Shown: positions 43,073 through 52,448, numbered from the stretch's first letter. The stretch: DNA of 64,000 nt from Candidatus Pacearchaeota archaeon (GCA_018304025.1 JAGVXA010000008.1:2660-66659); one strand, 5' to 3'. Translations and numbers: made by a program. Notes: generated by a model not told the origin, from the letters alone.

Positions 43073-44744
43073 GAAGAGACTGGCAATTGAAGTTTTATTA
43101 ATTGTTTTTGTAATCGGATTTTTGTTGGTTTCTGCTTCTGCTGCTGTGCTTCTTTCGGATCAGGGAACTGATGTAAAAGACAAAACAACAGGGCAACTTC
43201 TTGAGAGCGGAAATCTGACGATAACAATTTATGATGCGGCTGCTGACGGAACCCTGATTTTCAACCTGACAACCACGAACGCGATTGCAAATGGCTCGTG
43301 GAATTTGATGATTTCAGCTAATTTGGAATTTGGGAATACTTACTGGAAGGATTACATGATTAACGGCGAGGATCTTGATTTTGACGGGAATGAGAGAATT
43401 TCTTTTCAATCTCCTCTTGGGCAGATAAACAACGCTTCGCTTATTAATTTTTCATTGATAAACAACTGCTCGGCTGGGAGTTCGATAAGAATGATTTACG
43501 CGAATGGGAGTGTTGTTTGCGAGACAGATGATTCGGGGAGCGGGAATGTAGTTAATGGCACAACATTAACAATAACGAATATAACTGACTTTTTGTATAA
43601 CTATAATACAACCTCGCTGTTCACGACTTGGCTTGCGACTTTTTATTACAATTACAATCAAACTGGGGCTGCGAATAACTATAACTACAACGAGACATTA
43701 GCTGCTAATACTTCTATCTTCACAAATTACGGGAAATGGTGGTACAACATGACGAATAATACTTGGGACTACAATCAATCGAATACACTTTATTTCTATA
43801 ATCAATCAGGAATTTATTATTATAATCAAACGGGAGCAGCAAGCAATTATAACTACAACGAGACATTAGCTGCTAATATTTCTATTGTTACTAACTACGG
43901 AAAATGGTGGTATAATCAAACAAATACACTTTACTACTACAACCAATCTGGAATTTATTACTACAACCAAACGGGAGCAGCAAGCAATTATAATTATAAT
44001 GAGACATTAGCTGCAAATATTTCTATCTTCACAAATTATGGGAAATGGTGGTATAATCAGTCAAACAACACTTGGGATTACAATCAAACTAACACATTAT
44101 ATTTCTATAATATGACGGGAGGAAATTATGGATACAACCAAACTAACACAACTTGGCTACTTTACTTTTACAATCAATCGAATACAACTTGGGACTATAA
44201 TATGACTGGGGGAAGTTATAATTACAATGAAACTCTCGCAGCCAATTTGTCTATCGTGACTAATTACGGTTTGTGGTGGTACAATATGACTGGAGGAAAT
44301 TATAACTATAATCAATCAAATGTAACCTGGCTACTTTACTTCTACAATCAAACTGGCGGAAGTTATAATTACAATGAAACTCTTGCTGCTAATATTTCTA
44401 TTGTTACTAACTACGGAAAATGGTGGTATAATATGACGGGTGGAAACTATAATTATAATCAATCGAATACAACTTGGTTATATAATCAGTCGGGAATTTA
44501 TTATTATAATCAGACAATTTATCGACGTATAACGAAACATATACGATCTGGGCATACAATCAAACGGGAGCAGCAAGCAATTATAATTACAACGAGACAC
44601 TGGCTGCAAATATTTCTATCGTTACTAATTATGGTTTGTGGTGGTACAATCAAACTAATACACTTTATTATTACAATCAATCTGGAATTTATTACTACAA
44701 TCAAACGGGAGCAGCGAGCAACTACAATTACAACGAGACATTAG
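43062..44744 (+). CDS. giant Asn/Tyr/Trp-repeat surface protein, fragment 1 (meaningful frame ends near 44516)
   Basis: ATG at 43062 with GGAGGG upstream. N-terminal hydrophobic anchor LAIEVLLIVFVIGFLLVSASA, then NYNYNETLAANxSIVTNYGKWWYNQT-type repeats. After 44516 this frame reads out-of-frame repeat sequence. Confidence 0.65.
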   Translation: MKTEKRLAIEVLLIVFVIGFLLVSASAAVLLSDQGTDVKDKTTGQLLESGNLTITIYDAAADGTLIFNLTTTNAIANGSWNLMISANLEFGNTYWKDYMINGEDLDFDGNERISFQSPLGQINNASLINFSLINNCSAGSSIRMIYANGSVVCETDDSGSGNVVNGTTLTITNITDFLYNYNTTSLFTTWLATFYYNYNQTGAANNYNYNETLAANTSIFTNYGKWWYNMTNNTWDYNQSNTLYFYNQSGIYYYNQTGAASNYNYNETLAANISIVTNYGKWWYNQTNTLYYYNQSGIYYYNQTGAASNYNYNETLAANISIFTNYGKWWYNQSNNTWDYNQTNTLYFYNMTGGNYGYNQTNTTWLLYFYNQSNTTWDYNMTGGSYNYNETLAANLSIVTNYGLWWYNMTGGNYNYNQSNVTWLLYFYNQTGGSYNYNETLAANISIVTNYGKWWYNMTGGNYNYNQSNTTWLYNQSGIYYYNQTIYRRITKHIRSGHTIKREQQAIIITTRHWLQIFLSLLIMVCGGTIKLIHFIITINLEFITTIKREQRATTITTRH

Positions 44745-45172
44745 CTGCAAATATTTCTATCGTGACTAATTACGGTTTGTGGTGGTACAACATGACCGGA
44801 GGAAATTATAACTATAATCAATCAAATGTAACTTGGCTACTTTACTTCTACAATCAAACGGGGGCAGCAAGCAATTATAATTATAATGAAACATTAGCCG
44901 CTAATTTGTCTATCGTCACAAATTACGGTTTGTGGTGGTACAATCAGACAAACACGCTTTACTATTACAATCAGTCGGGAATTTATTACTACAACCAAAC
45001 GGGAGCAGCGAGCAACTATAATTATAATGAAACATTAGCCGCTAATTTGTCTATCATCACAAATTACGGGAAATGGTGGTATAATATGACGGGTGGAAAC
45101 TATAATTATAATCAATCGAATACAACTTGGTTATATAATCAGTCGGGAATTTATTATTATAATCAGACATAA
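44510..45172 (+). CDS. giant repeat surface protein, fragment 2 (frame shifted relative to fragment 1)
   Basis: The frame opens at 44510 and reads SDNLSTYNETYTIWAYNQTGAASNYNYNETLAAN. There is no plausible start or RBS. It ends at TAA 45170-45172. Confidence 0.55.
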   Translation, partial: SDNLSTYNETYTIWAYNQTGAASNYNYNETLAANISIVTNYGLWWYNQTNTLYYYNQSGIYYYNQTGAASNYNYNETLAANISIVTNYGLWWYNMTGGNYNYNQSNVTWLLYFYNQTGAASNYNYNETLAANLSIVTNYGLWWYNQTNTLYYYNQSGIYYYNQTGAASNYNYNETLAANLSIITNYGKWWYNMTGGNYNYNQSNTTWLYNQSGIYYYNQT

Positions 45173-46781
45173 TGAGACTTACGCTGGACTGATTAACAAC
45201 GCGTCTTATTTATCGACGTATAACGAAACATATACGATCTGGGCATACAATCAAACGGGGGCTGCGAATAACTATAATTACAACGAAACTCTCGCAGCTA
45301 ATTTGTCTATTGTAACTAACTACGGGAAATGGTGGTACAACATGACGGGAGGAAATTATAACTATAATCAATCAAATGTAACTTGGCTACTTTACTTCTA
45401 CAATCAAACCGGAGCAGCGAGTAATTATAATTATAATGAAACACTAGCTGCAAATATTTCTATTGTTACTAACTATGGTTTGTGGTTCTATAATCAGACA
45501 AACACGCTTTATTATTACAACCAATCGGGAATTTATTATTATAATCAATCGGGCGCAGCAAGCAATTATAACTATAATGAAACTCTCGCAGCCAATTTGT
45601 CTATCGTTACTAACTATGGTTTATGGTTCTATAATCAGACAAACACGCTTTATTATTACAATCAATCGAATAAAACTTGGGATTACAATATGAGTAATAC
45701 ATTGTATTTCTACAATATGACGGGGGGAAGTTATTTGTACAACGAGACATTAGCTGCAAATATTTCTATTGTAACTAATTACGGAAGCTGGTGGTATAAT
45801 ATGACTGGCGGAATTAATAATTACAATCATACATTAATTGCGAATGAATCTATCGTCGCTAACTATGGTTTGTGGTTCTACAACATGTCTGACGGCGGAA
45901 GCGTAACAAACGGATCTGTGCTGTCAATCGACAACATAACTAATTTATTGTACAATTACAATCAAACAAACACGCTTTACTACTACAATCAATCTGGAAT
46001 TTATTACTACAATCAATCGAATAAAACTTGGGACTACAATCAAACTAACAATTTGTATTTCTACAACCAATCAGCAACGCTTTATTTCTACAACATGTCT
46101 GACGGCGGAAGCGTAACAAACGGATCTGTGCTGTCAATCGACAACATAACTAATTTATTGTACAATTACAACCAGACAAACACGCTTTACTACTACAACC
46201 AGTCTGGAATTTATTATTACAACCAGTCGAATAAAACTTGGGACTACAATCAAACTAACAATTTGTATTATTACAATCAGTCAGCAACGCTTTATTTCTA
46301 CAATATGACTGGCGGAAGTTATTTGTACAACGAGACATTAGCCGCTAATCTATCGATAGTTACGAACTATGGCGATTGGTGGTACAATCAAACAAACACG
46401 CTTTACTATTACAACCAGTCAGCAACGCTTTATTTCTACAATATGACTGGGGGAAGTTATTTGTACAACGAGACATTAGCAGCTAATTTGTCTATTGTAA
46501 CTAATTATGGCGATTGGTGGTACAATCAAACAAACACGCTTTACTATTACAACCAGTCAGCAACGCTTTATTTCTACAATATGACGGGGGGAAGTTATTT
46601 GTACAACGAGACATTAGCCGCAAATATTTCGATTGTTACAAATTACGGGAAATGGTGGTACAACATGACGGGCGGAATTAATAATTACAACCACACATTA
46701 ATTGCGAACGAATCTATCGTTACAAATTACGGCTTGTGGTTTTACAACATGGAGGAGATTACAACTATAATGAGACATTAG
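45093..46781 (+). CDS. giant repeat surface protein, fragment 3 (meaningful from 45171)
   Basis: From 45171 reads NETYAGLINNASYLSTYNETYTIWAYNQTGAANNYNYNE and continues the repeat array; runs out of the repeat frame near 46751. Confidence 0.55.
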   Translation: METIIIINRIQLGYIISREFIIIIRHNETYAGLINNASYLSTYNETYTIWAYNQTGAANNYNYNETLAANLSIVTNYGKWWYNMTGGNYNYNQSNVTWLLYFYNQTGAASNYNYNETLAANISIVTNYGLWFYNQTNTLYYYNQSGIYYYNQSGAASNYNYNETLAANLSIVTNYGLWFYNQTNTLYYYNQSNKTWDYNMSNTLYFYNMTGGSYLYNETLAANISIVTNYGSWWYNMTGGINNYNHTLIANESIVANYGLWFYNMSDGGSVTNGSVLSIDNITNLLYNYNQTNTLYYYNQSGIYYYNQSNKTWDYNQTNNLYFYNQSATLYFYNMSDGGSVTNGSVLSIDNITNLLYNYNQTNTLYYYNQSGIYYYNQSNKTWDYNQTNNLYYYNQSATLYFYNMTGGSYLYNETLAANLSIVTNYGDWWYNQTNTLYYYNQSATLYFYNMTGGSYLYNETLAANLSIVTNYGDWWYNQTNTLYYYNQSATLYFYNMTGGSYLYNETLAANISIVTNYGKWWYNMTGGINNYNHTLIANESIVTNYGLWFYNMEEITTIMRH

Positions 46782-47734
46782 CAACGAACGTATCGATAGT
46801 TACGAATTATGGTTTGTGGTGGTACAATCAGACAAACACGCTTTACTACTACAACCAATCTGGAATTTATTATTACAATCAATCAAACAAAACTTGGGAC
46901 TACAATCAATCTGCTACGCTGTATTTCTACAATATGACGGGAAGTAGTTACAATGAAACTCTTGCTGCCAATTTGTCTATTGTAACTAATTATGGCGATT
47001 GGTGGTACAACATGACGGGCGGAATTAATAATTACAACCACACATTAATTGCGAACGAATCTATCGTTACAAATTACGGCTTGTGGTTTTACAACATGAC
47101 TAGCTACAATCATACGTTGGCTGCTAATGAATCTATCGTTACTAACTATGGATTGTGGTTTTACAATATGACTGGAAGCAGTTACAATGAAACACTGGCA
47201 GCTAATTTGTCGATTGTAACGAATTACGGTTTGTGGTGGTATAATATGACTAGCTACAATCATACGTTGGCTGCGAATGAATCTATCGTTACTAATTATG
47301 GATTGTGGTTCTACAACATGTCTGACGGAGCGGGAGGAGATTATAATTACAATGAAACTCTTGCTGCTAATACTTCTATCGTGACAAACTACGGAAGTTG
47401 GTGGTACAATATGACAAACACGCTTTATTATTACAACCAGTCAGCAACGCTTTATTTCTATAACATGTCGTACGCAAAACCATGGAATTATAACCAGACA
47501 TCTGGCTCAATTTATTATTACAACCATTCGACTACGATTTATTATTATAACCAAACGAAAGTTCCGAATGCTGATTTGCACACGCACAATGCCTCGAATA
47601 TAACTGCGGGAACATTCAACGGGGATTATAATATCACTGCGAACTTGACATTTAACGGGAACAATGACGCTGTTGTGATGGGCGGCGCGAGGATATACTG
47701 GGACGGAAGTAAATTGGTGATAAAGGTGAGTTAA
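46736..47734 (+). CDS. giant repeat surface protein, fragment 4 with non-repeat C-terminal module
   Basis: From 46751 reads GGDYNYNETLATNVSIVTNYGLWWYN. Ends with the non-repeat LHTHNASNITAGTFNGDYNITANLTFNGNNDAVVMGGARIYWDGSKLVIKVS. Confidence 0.55.
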   Translation: MVLQHGGDYNYNETLATNVSIVTNYGLWWYNQTNTLYYYNQSGIYYYNQSNKTWDYNQSATLYFYNMTGSSYNETLAANLSIVTNYGDWWYNMTGGINNYNHTLIANESIVTNYGLWFYNMTSYNHTLAANESIVTNYGLWFYNMTGSSYNETLAANLSIVTNYGLWWYNMTSYNHTLAANESIVTNYGLWFYNMSDGAGGDYNYNETLAANTSIVTNYGSWWYNMTNTLYYYNQSATLYFYNMSYAKPWNYNQTSGSIYYYNHSTTIYYYNQTKVPNADLHTHNASNITAGTFNGDYNITANLTFNGNNDAVVMGGARIYWDGSKLVIKVS

Positions 47735-49525
47735 ATGAAGAACAAGACTTTGATAATTTTGCTGATAATTTTGCTGATTGCTCCAGCAGCACAGGCGTCT
47801 TTTTTTAGTGATATTGCGGGAGAGTTCCTGCAGTTTCTTGGAATTATCAAGATAACGAAAGCTAATCATCTTGATTCAGATAGAAATCTCGTTTCAGATA
47901 TTTATGAAGAAGTTAAAGCATTGGATGGTATTTGGTCTGAGGCAATTTCAGATGGAGAATATGTAAGAATTACTTTTGAGAAAAAATTAACCTCTTCGAA
48001 TGATATTACTGTTTATCCGAGGATTGTTTCGGGGAATCCGAAGATTGAGATTTATGAAGCTGGAGAAGAAGAGATTATAGCGGAGTTTGTTTCTCTTGAT
48101 TCAAATCAATACAACAAAGTTTATCTGACAAATTTGGTTGGCGAGCAGGATACTTTTGATTTGAAGATTATGGAGGGGAGCGTGGAGTTTGATCATATAA
48201 TTGACCCTGAACCTGTTTGCGTTGCTGGCACATGCACAGTAACATTTACTTCTACTAATTTGTCGTGGGGCGTGCCTGCGGGAGTTACAACAATTACAGG
48301 TTTGGCTGTTGGAGGCGGAGGCGGTGGATGCCGTTCTACTTCTGCTGGCGGAGGCGGCGCAGGAGGCGATTTAAGAATTAAGACTTCAATAGGTGTTACG
48401 CCTGGACAAAGTTTAGTAATTATGGTAGGTACTGGCGGGGCTGCAGCGGCTACATCTGCTCGTTCTGGCGGCTATTCTTCAATTTCAAATAATTCAGTTA
48501 TAAATGCAACAACCACTTTGCTTCTTGCTGCTGGAGGTGGAGGCGGAACAGAGGCTGCTAATGCAACAAACAATGGAACAAGCACCCCTCTCAATGGAGG
48601 AGTTACTGGCGGGACTGGCGGGGAGGGTGGTAATGGGGCTAGCAATTCTGACTGCGGAGGCGGAGGCGGAGCAGGTGGGTGGTATGGCAGAGGCGGAGCA
48701 GGCGGAAATTCCGGAGACAATAACGGTGCAGATAGTACTGGCGGAGGCGGCGGAGGCGGAGGCGGTTCTGGTACAGGCAGCGCTGTATGTGGTGGTGGCG
48801 GAGGAGTAGGAATAGTTGCTGCAGGAAACAATGGAACTGGCGGAGCATACGGCGCTCCTGCTGCTTCTCCAGGAACAAATGGCTCGTTAGGAAACAACGG
48901 AGTTGGCTCAGCAGGCGGATTATACGGGGGCGGGGGCGGAGGAGACGATAATAATGCTGGCGCGCAAGCTGGCGCAAATGGCGCTGTTGTTATTACATAT
49001 TTACAACCAGACTCAATCTACCCAACTTTTTCCGGCTACTGGGATAATAATGCAACTCTTGTTGACAGCGGGATAGCTTTGTTCAACGCCACAATTGAAA
49101 ATGCCAACGGAACTGCGTGGATTACTATAAATGGCGTTAATTATACTGCGACTAATTTTACAACAAATAGATATAATGTTTCTGTAACTTTAACTGGCGG
49201 AACTTATACTTACAACTGGAGCGCGTATGGAAACGGGACCCAGCATAATCTTAATCTTTCTAGAAGTGCTGGGTATTACACTGTAAATACTTCAAGCAGC
49301 TGCGCTTATTCTGGGCCGGGGAATTGGGCTTTGAATTGCGCGGATAATTGTGTTTTTTCTTCGACGACAACAATTGCAAATTATGATAATGTAACTATAA
49401 CTGGTATAGGTGCTTTGAATTTCAGCAGTGGCGGGAAATGGAGTTTCACTGGAAGCAATCAATATGTTACTATAGCGTCGGGATGTACATTAAATGTTGA
49501 GCCTGGCGGGGGATGGAATTATTAA
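47735..49525 (+). CDS. secreted protein with central glycine-rich domain
   Basis: Signal peptide LIILLIILLIAPAAQA. Core FTSTNLSWGVPAGVTTITGLAVGGGGGGC...GGAGG...VTPGQSLVIMVGTGG...ANGAVVITY. ATG directly follows the stop of the giant gene. Confidence 0.6.
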   Translation: MKNKTLIILLIILLIAPAAQASFFSDIAGEFLQFLGIIKITKANHLDSDRNLVSDIYEEVKALDGIWSEAISDGEYVRITFEKKLTSSNDITVYPRIVSGNPKIEIYEAGEEEIIAEFVSLDSNQYNKVYLTNLVGEQDTFDLKIMEGSVEFDHIIDPEPVCVAGTCTVTFTSTNLSWGVPAGVTTITGLAVGGGGGGCRSTSAGGGGAGGDLRIKTSIGVTPGQSLVIMVGTGGAAAATSARSGGYSSISNNSVINATTTLLLAAGGGGGTEAANATNNGTSTPLNGGVTGGTGGEGGNGASNSDCGGGGGAGGWYGRGGAGGNSGDNNGADSTGGGGGGGGGSGTGSAVCGGGGGVGIVAAGNNGTGGAYGAPAASPGTNGSLGNNGVGSAGGLYGGGGGGDDNNAGAQAGANGAVVITYLQPDSIYPTFSGYWDNNATLVDSGIALFNATIENANGTAWITINGVNYTATNFTTNRYNVSVTLTGGTYTYNWSAYGNGTQHNLNLSRSAGYYTVNTSSSCAYSGPGNWALNCADNCVFSSTTTIANYDNVTITGIGALNFSSGGKWSFTGSNQYVTIASGCTLNVEPGGGWNY

Positions 49526-49526
49526 G

Positions 49527-51143
49527 ATGACATTAAAAAAAAAGATAGTTTTTTTAATTTTTATTTTAATATTTGCGCAGGGAGTTTTTGCTACAATTGC
49601 GGAATCTGAGAATTATTCTGTCGCGAGATTTGGGACTGGAGTTCAAGCATCTAATTTTAGTTCTACTAATTTAGAAGCGCGCTCTGTTTTGCTGGCTAAC
49701 GCGGGGACGCGGGCTGCGGGAAATAGTTTATTGACGACAAATGTCGGATTTTGGGGGAATACAACTTATCACGTTATTGTAAGCTTAAGCTCTTATTCAA
49801 CTTCTCCGTCGTCTGCGACTGTCGGCTCAACAATCAGCTTGTCTATCTCAGCATTGAATTCTCAGGCTGTTTGGGCAAAGATAATTTCGCCGAATGCGAT
49901 GGAGCAGACGCTGACTTTGACGAACGGCGGGAGCGTGACTTATCTTCCGTCCCCTTCGGTTGTCGGGAGATATAATGTTACGTTTTACGCAAATAGTTCT
50001 TCGGGTGCGATTGCGAGCGCTGTTTCATATTTTGAATTGACAGCAGCGCCGTCAACAACGCCTGCGCCGAGCGGGGGCGGAGGAGGGGGCGGAGGAACGA
50101 CGAAGATAATAGAAAAAAGCTGCACATACAATTGGGACTGCACGCCGTGGAGCGTTTGCTCAGAAGGAAAACAAAGAAGAGAATGCAAGAATATTGGAAC
50201 ATGCAGCGGGACAGAGAGCAAACCGATAGAAGAAATGCCGTGTTCAGAAGCGTTGTTTGATATTGCTGTCAAGCTAAAAAATATAAAACTAAATGGAAAT
50301 AAAAGTTTAATAATCGAGGTAGAACTAAAAGAGAAAAAAAGTATAGAAAAAATTGATGTTCATATAAAACATTCTATAATTGACAGCGAGAATAATGAAA
50401 TTTTCAGCCAGATAGAAACAAAGGCGATAATCGGAGAGTTATCCTATCAAAAAGAAATAAACGAAGTTAAATTAGCAGATGAAGAATATACACTAAGAGT
50501 AGATGTTCTTTACGGGAATTTGCAGAGGGCTTTCGCTGAGCAGAGGTTTACTGTTGAAAAAGGAGAGATTGAAACCGAAAAAGAATATAAGATAATTCCG
50601 ATAATTCTAATTTTTCTGGTTCTGATGATTATGATTTTGGTTTTGGTTGTTCTTATTTACAGAAGAAAAATAAAAGAAAGTTTGAGAAAAATCAAAGTTA
50701 GGCAGGCCGCAGTTGTATTTGGCTTTGTCGTAATTTTGAGTTTGATTCTTATGCGCGGCAGATTAGTTGGATTTGCTGTAGACGGCGCAAATGCTGTGAA
50801 GAACAGCTGGATAGTCTGGATTATCTTGATTATATTAGTGCTTGGGCTGTTTATTTTTATTTACAGAAGAAAAATTAAGGAGATTGCTGGAAAGATTCAG
50901 AGCGAGAAGAGTTATCCGCAGAATAATGTTAATGGAGTTTTGAACAAGCAAGTTTATACAGAAGGAGGGCAATATCTTGGAAGAGTCAGGAGTATTGTTT
51001 TAGGCAAGAATGGAATTCAAAGATTAAAGGTAAAATTTGGCGCTGGAATCGAGAGCAAAGAAAATATTGTTGATTACCAGGATGTGAAAAATGTCGGGCG
51101 GCAGGTTATTATTGTTGAGAAGGAAGAGAAAGGTTTTGGATAG
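49527..51143 (+). CDS. surface/membrane protein with Cys-rich module, TM helices and PRC-barrel-like C-terminus
   Basis: Signal peptide IVFLIFILIFAQGVFA. Poly-Gly, then CTYNWDCTPWSVCSEGKQRRECKNIGTCSG. Three TM helices. C-terminal YTEGGQYLGRVRSIVLGKNGIQRLKV resembles a PRC barrel. Confidence 0.5.
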   Translation: MTLKKKIVFLIFILIFAQGVFATIAESENYSVARFGTGVQASNFSSTNLEARSVLLANAGTRAAGNSLLTTNVGFWGNTTYHVIVSLSSYSTSPSSATVGSTISLSISALNSQAVWAKIISPNAMEQTLTLTNGGSVTYLPSPSVVGRYNVTFYANSSSGAIASAVSYFELTAAPSTTPAPSGGGGGGGGTTKIIEKSCTYNWDCTPWSVCSEGKQRRECKNIGTCSGTESKPIEEMPCSEALFDIAVKLKNIKLNGNKSLIIEVELKEKKSIEKIDVHIKHSIIDSENNEIFSQIETKAIIGELSYQKEINEVKLADEEYTLRVDVLYGNLQRAFAEQRFTVEKGEIETEKEYKIIPIILIFLVLMIMILVLVVLIYRRKIKESLRKIKVRQAAVVFGFVVILSLILMRGRLVGFAVDGANAVKNSWIVWIILIILVLGLFIFIYRRKIKEIAGKIQSEKSYPQNNVNGVLNKQVYTEGGQYLGRVRSIVLGKNGIQRLKVKFGAGIESKENIVDYQDVKNVGRQVIIVEKEEKGFG

Positions 51144-51179
51144 AGCAATTATTATAAATGCATAACGCCTGAATATAAA

Positions 51180-52430
51180 ATGACAAGAAAAAAGAAGGTG
51201 GTAATCGGAAGCGTGCTGGTTGTCCTGGTTTTAATTAGCTTGGCGATTTTTGTCAAGATGCTGCCTGATAAGGATTCTTTTTCAATAGGTGTTCTTTCGA
51301 TTGAACCAAAGATTAAAGTCGGGGAATCCTTGAGAAATAGCATTGCGATAAAAAATATTGGAGAGAGCGGAAATTTTGAAGCGGGTTTGTCTGGTTTGGA
51401 CGGGCTTGCTGAAATTTCTGAGAGTAATTTTTATTTGGAGTCTGGCGATTCTAAACATATTGAATTGTTTTTTGAGGATTCAAAACTTATTCCCGGCTCT
51501 TACGTCGGATATTTGAGAATTAAAAACCAATTTGATGAAAGGAAAATTCCGATTATTTTGTCGATAGACAGCGAAAACACTTTATTCGCGATTAATCTTG
51601 ATGTCGCTCCTGCAAATCAAGAGATTAGCAAAGGAGAAGCAACTAAAACTAATTTGAAATTTTTCAGTTTAATCGACACCAAACCGCATACTGTGCTGGT
51701 GAATTATGAAATTAGAAATCTTGAAGGAAAATCTGTTGTTTCAGAGCAAAACGAGATAATAGTTACTCTTACTTCGTCAATTACTGAGATAATTAATTTG
51801 CCGGAAAAGATAGACTCGGGAGAATATGTTTTTACAGCTATTTTGACTTCTGAAGAAAGTCTTACTTCTGCAAGCTATGTTTTTAGCGTCGACGCCGGGA
51901 AAAAAACAGATTTGTTTTTTAGCATCTGGACATTGTTATTTTTTATTTTAGTTTTTGTGATTATTGTATTCGTTTTAATAGGGTATATGTTTTACGAGAG
52001 AAACAAGCTCTTTTCTAAATTAAAGAATCAACAAGTTCACCAGATTAGCTTTTATTCTAATCAGATAAACAAGCAACAAAAAAAATCTTTGGCAGGAGCA
52101 AAAACAGAAAAAGAGAGGCAAAAAATTCTTGCAGAGTTTAAAGAGGGGAAAGAGAAAATTCTCGACGAAATTAGAAATGAGCAGATTAAACAGAAAAAAG
52201 AATTTGAAAAAATTAGAAGGGAAAAAGGGAACGGGGCGGTAGAAAAGAAAATTGGTTATTGGAAAAAAAATATTTACCCTCGCGCTATTAAACGGGCGGA
52301 AATCAGCCAGGAGTTAAAAGTAAAACTGGGGGTTTTGAAGAGAGCATATGACGAAGGATATATCAGCAAAGAATCTTACGCTAAAGGGAAAGAAAGAATC
52401 AATACAGCTAAAAGAAATGTTTATAAATAA
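51180..52430 (+). CDS. membrane protein with Ig-like ectodomains and C-terminal SHOCT-like motif
   Basis: N-terminal TM helix, beta-rich repeats, second TM helix, Lys/Glu coiled coil, then LKRAYDEGYISKESYAKGKERI (SHOCT-like). Confidence 0.5.
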   Translation: MTRKKKVVIGSVLVVLVLISLAIFVKMLPDKDSFSIGVLSIEPKIKVGESLRNSIAIKNIGESGNFEAGLSGLDGLAEISESNFYLESGDSKHIELFFEDSKLIPGSYVGYLRIKNQFDERKIPIILSIDSENTLFAINLDVAPANQEISKGEATKTNLKFFSLIDTKPHTVLVNYEIRNLEGKSVVSEQNEIIVTLTSSITEIINLPEKIDSGEYVFTAILTSEESLTSASYVFSVDAGKKTDLFFSIWTLLFFILVFVIIVFVLIGYMFYERNKLFSKLKNQQVHQISFYSNQINKQQKKSLAGAKTEKERQKILAEFKEGKEKILDEIRNEQIKQKKEFEKIRREKGNGAVEKKIGYWKKNIYPRAIKRAEISQELKVKLGVLKRAYDEGYISKESYAKGKERINTAKRNVYK

Positions 52431-52448
52431 CTTTAACGTAAATCGAAC

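Larger units (their letters stand above)
43600..47550 (+). repeat. coding tandem-repeat array (units of about 100-210 nt, nested periodicities)
   Basis: Examples: 210-nt duplication at 45881-46090 / 46091-46300. 138-nt unit starting at 46282, 46420 and 46558. About 650-nt block duplicated at 43.86-44.52 and 44.52-45.17 kb. Confidence 0.9.

Noticed and set aside
45170-45172. Stop-codon reassignment (TAA read as sense) to explain the break in the giant repeat gene
   Set aside because: TAA terminates many well-supported genes in this window (lig, alaS, mcm and others). Reading through in the same frame gives TGA next and then non-repeat sequence. Only a +1 shift restores the repeat.
43062-47734. 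Diversity-generating retroelement target (variable repeats in a surface protein)
   Set aside because: No reverse transcriptase or template repeat is nearby. Differences between repeats are not concentrated at adenine-templated positions but include indels and whole-unit rearrangements.
48472-48897. Minus-strand Pro-rich ORF (141 aa) and other overlapping ORFs across 48.5-49.0 kb
   Set aside because: They are the antisense or alternative-frame shadows of GGN-rich codons in the glycine-rich domain (GGC/GGA read as GCC/TCC on the other strand). They have no start context and no independent support.
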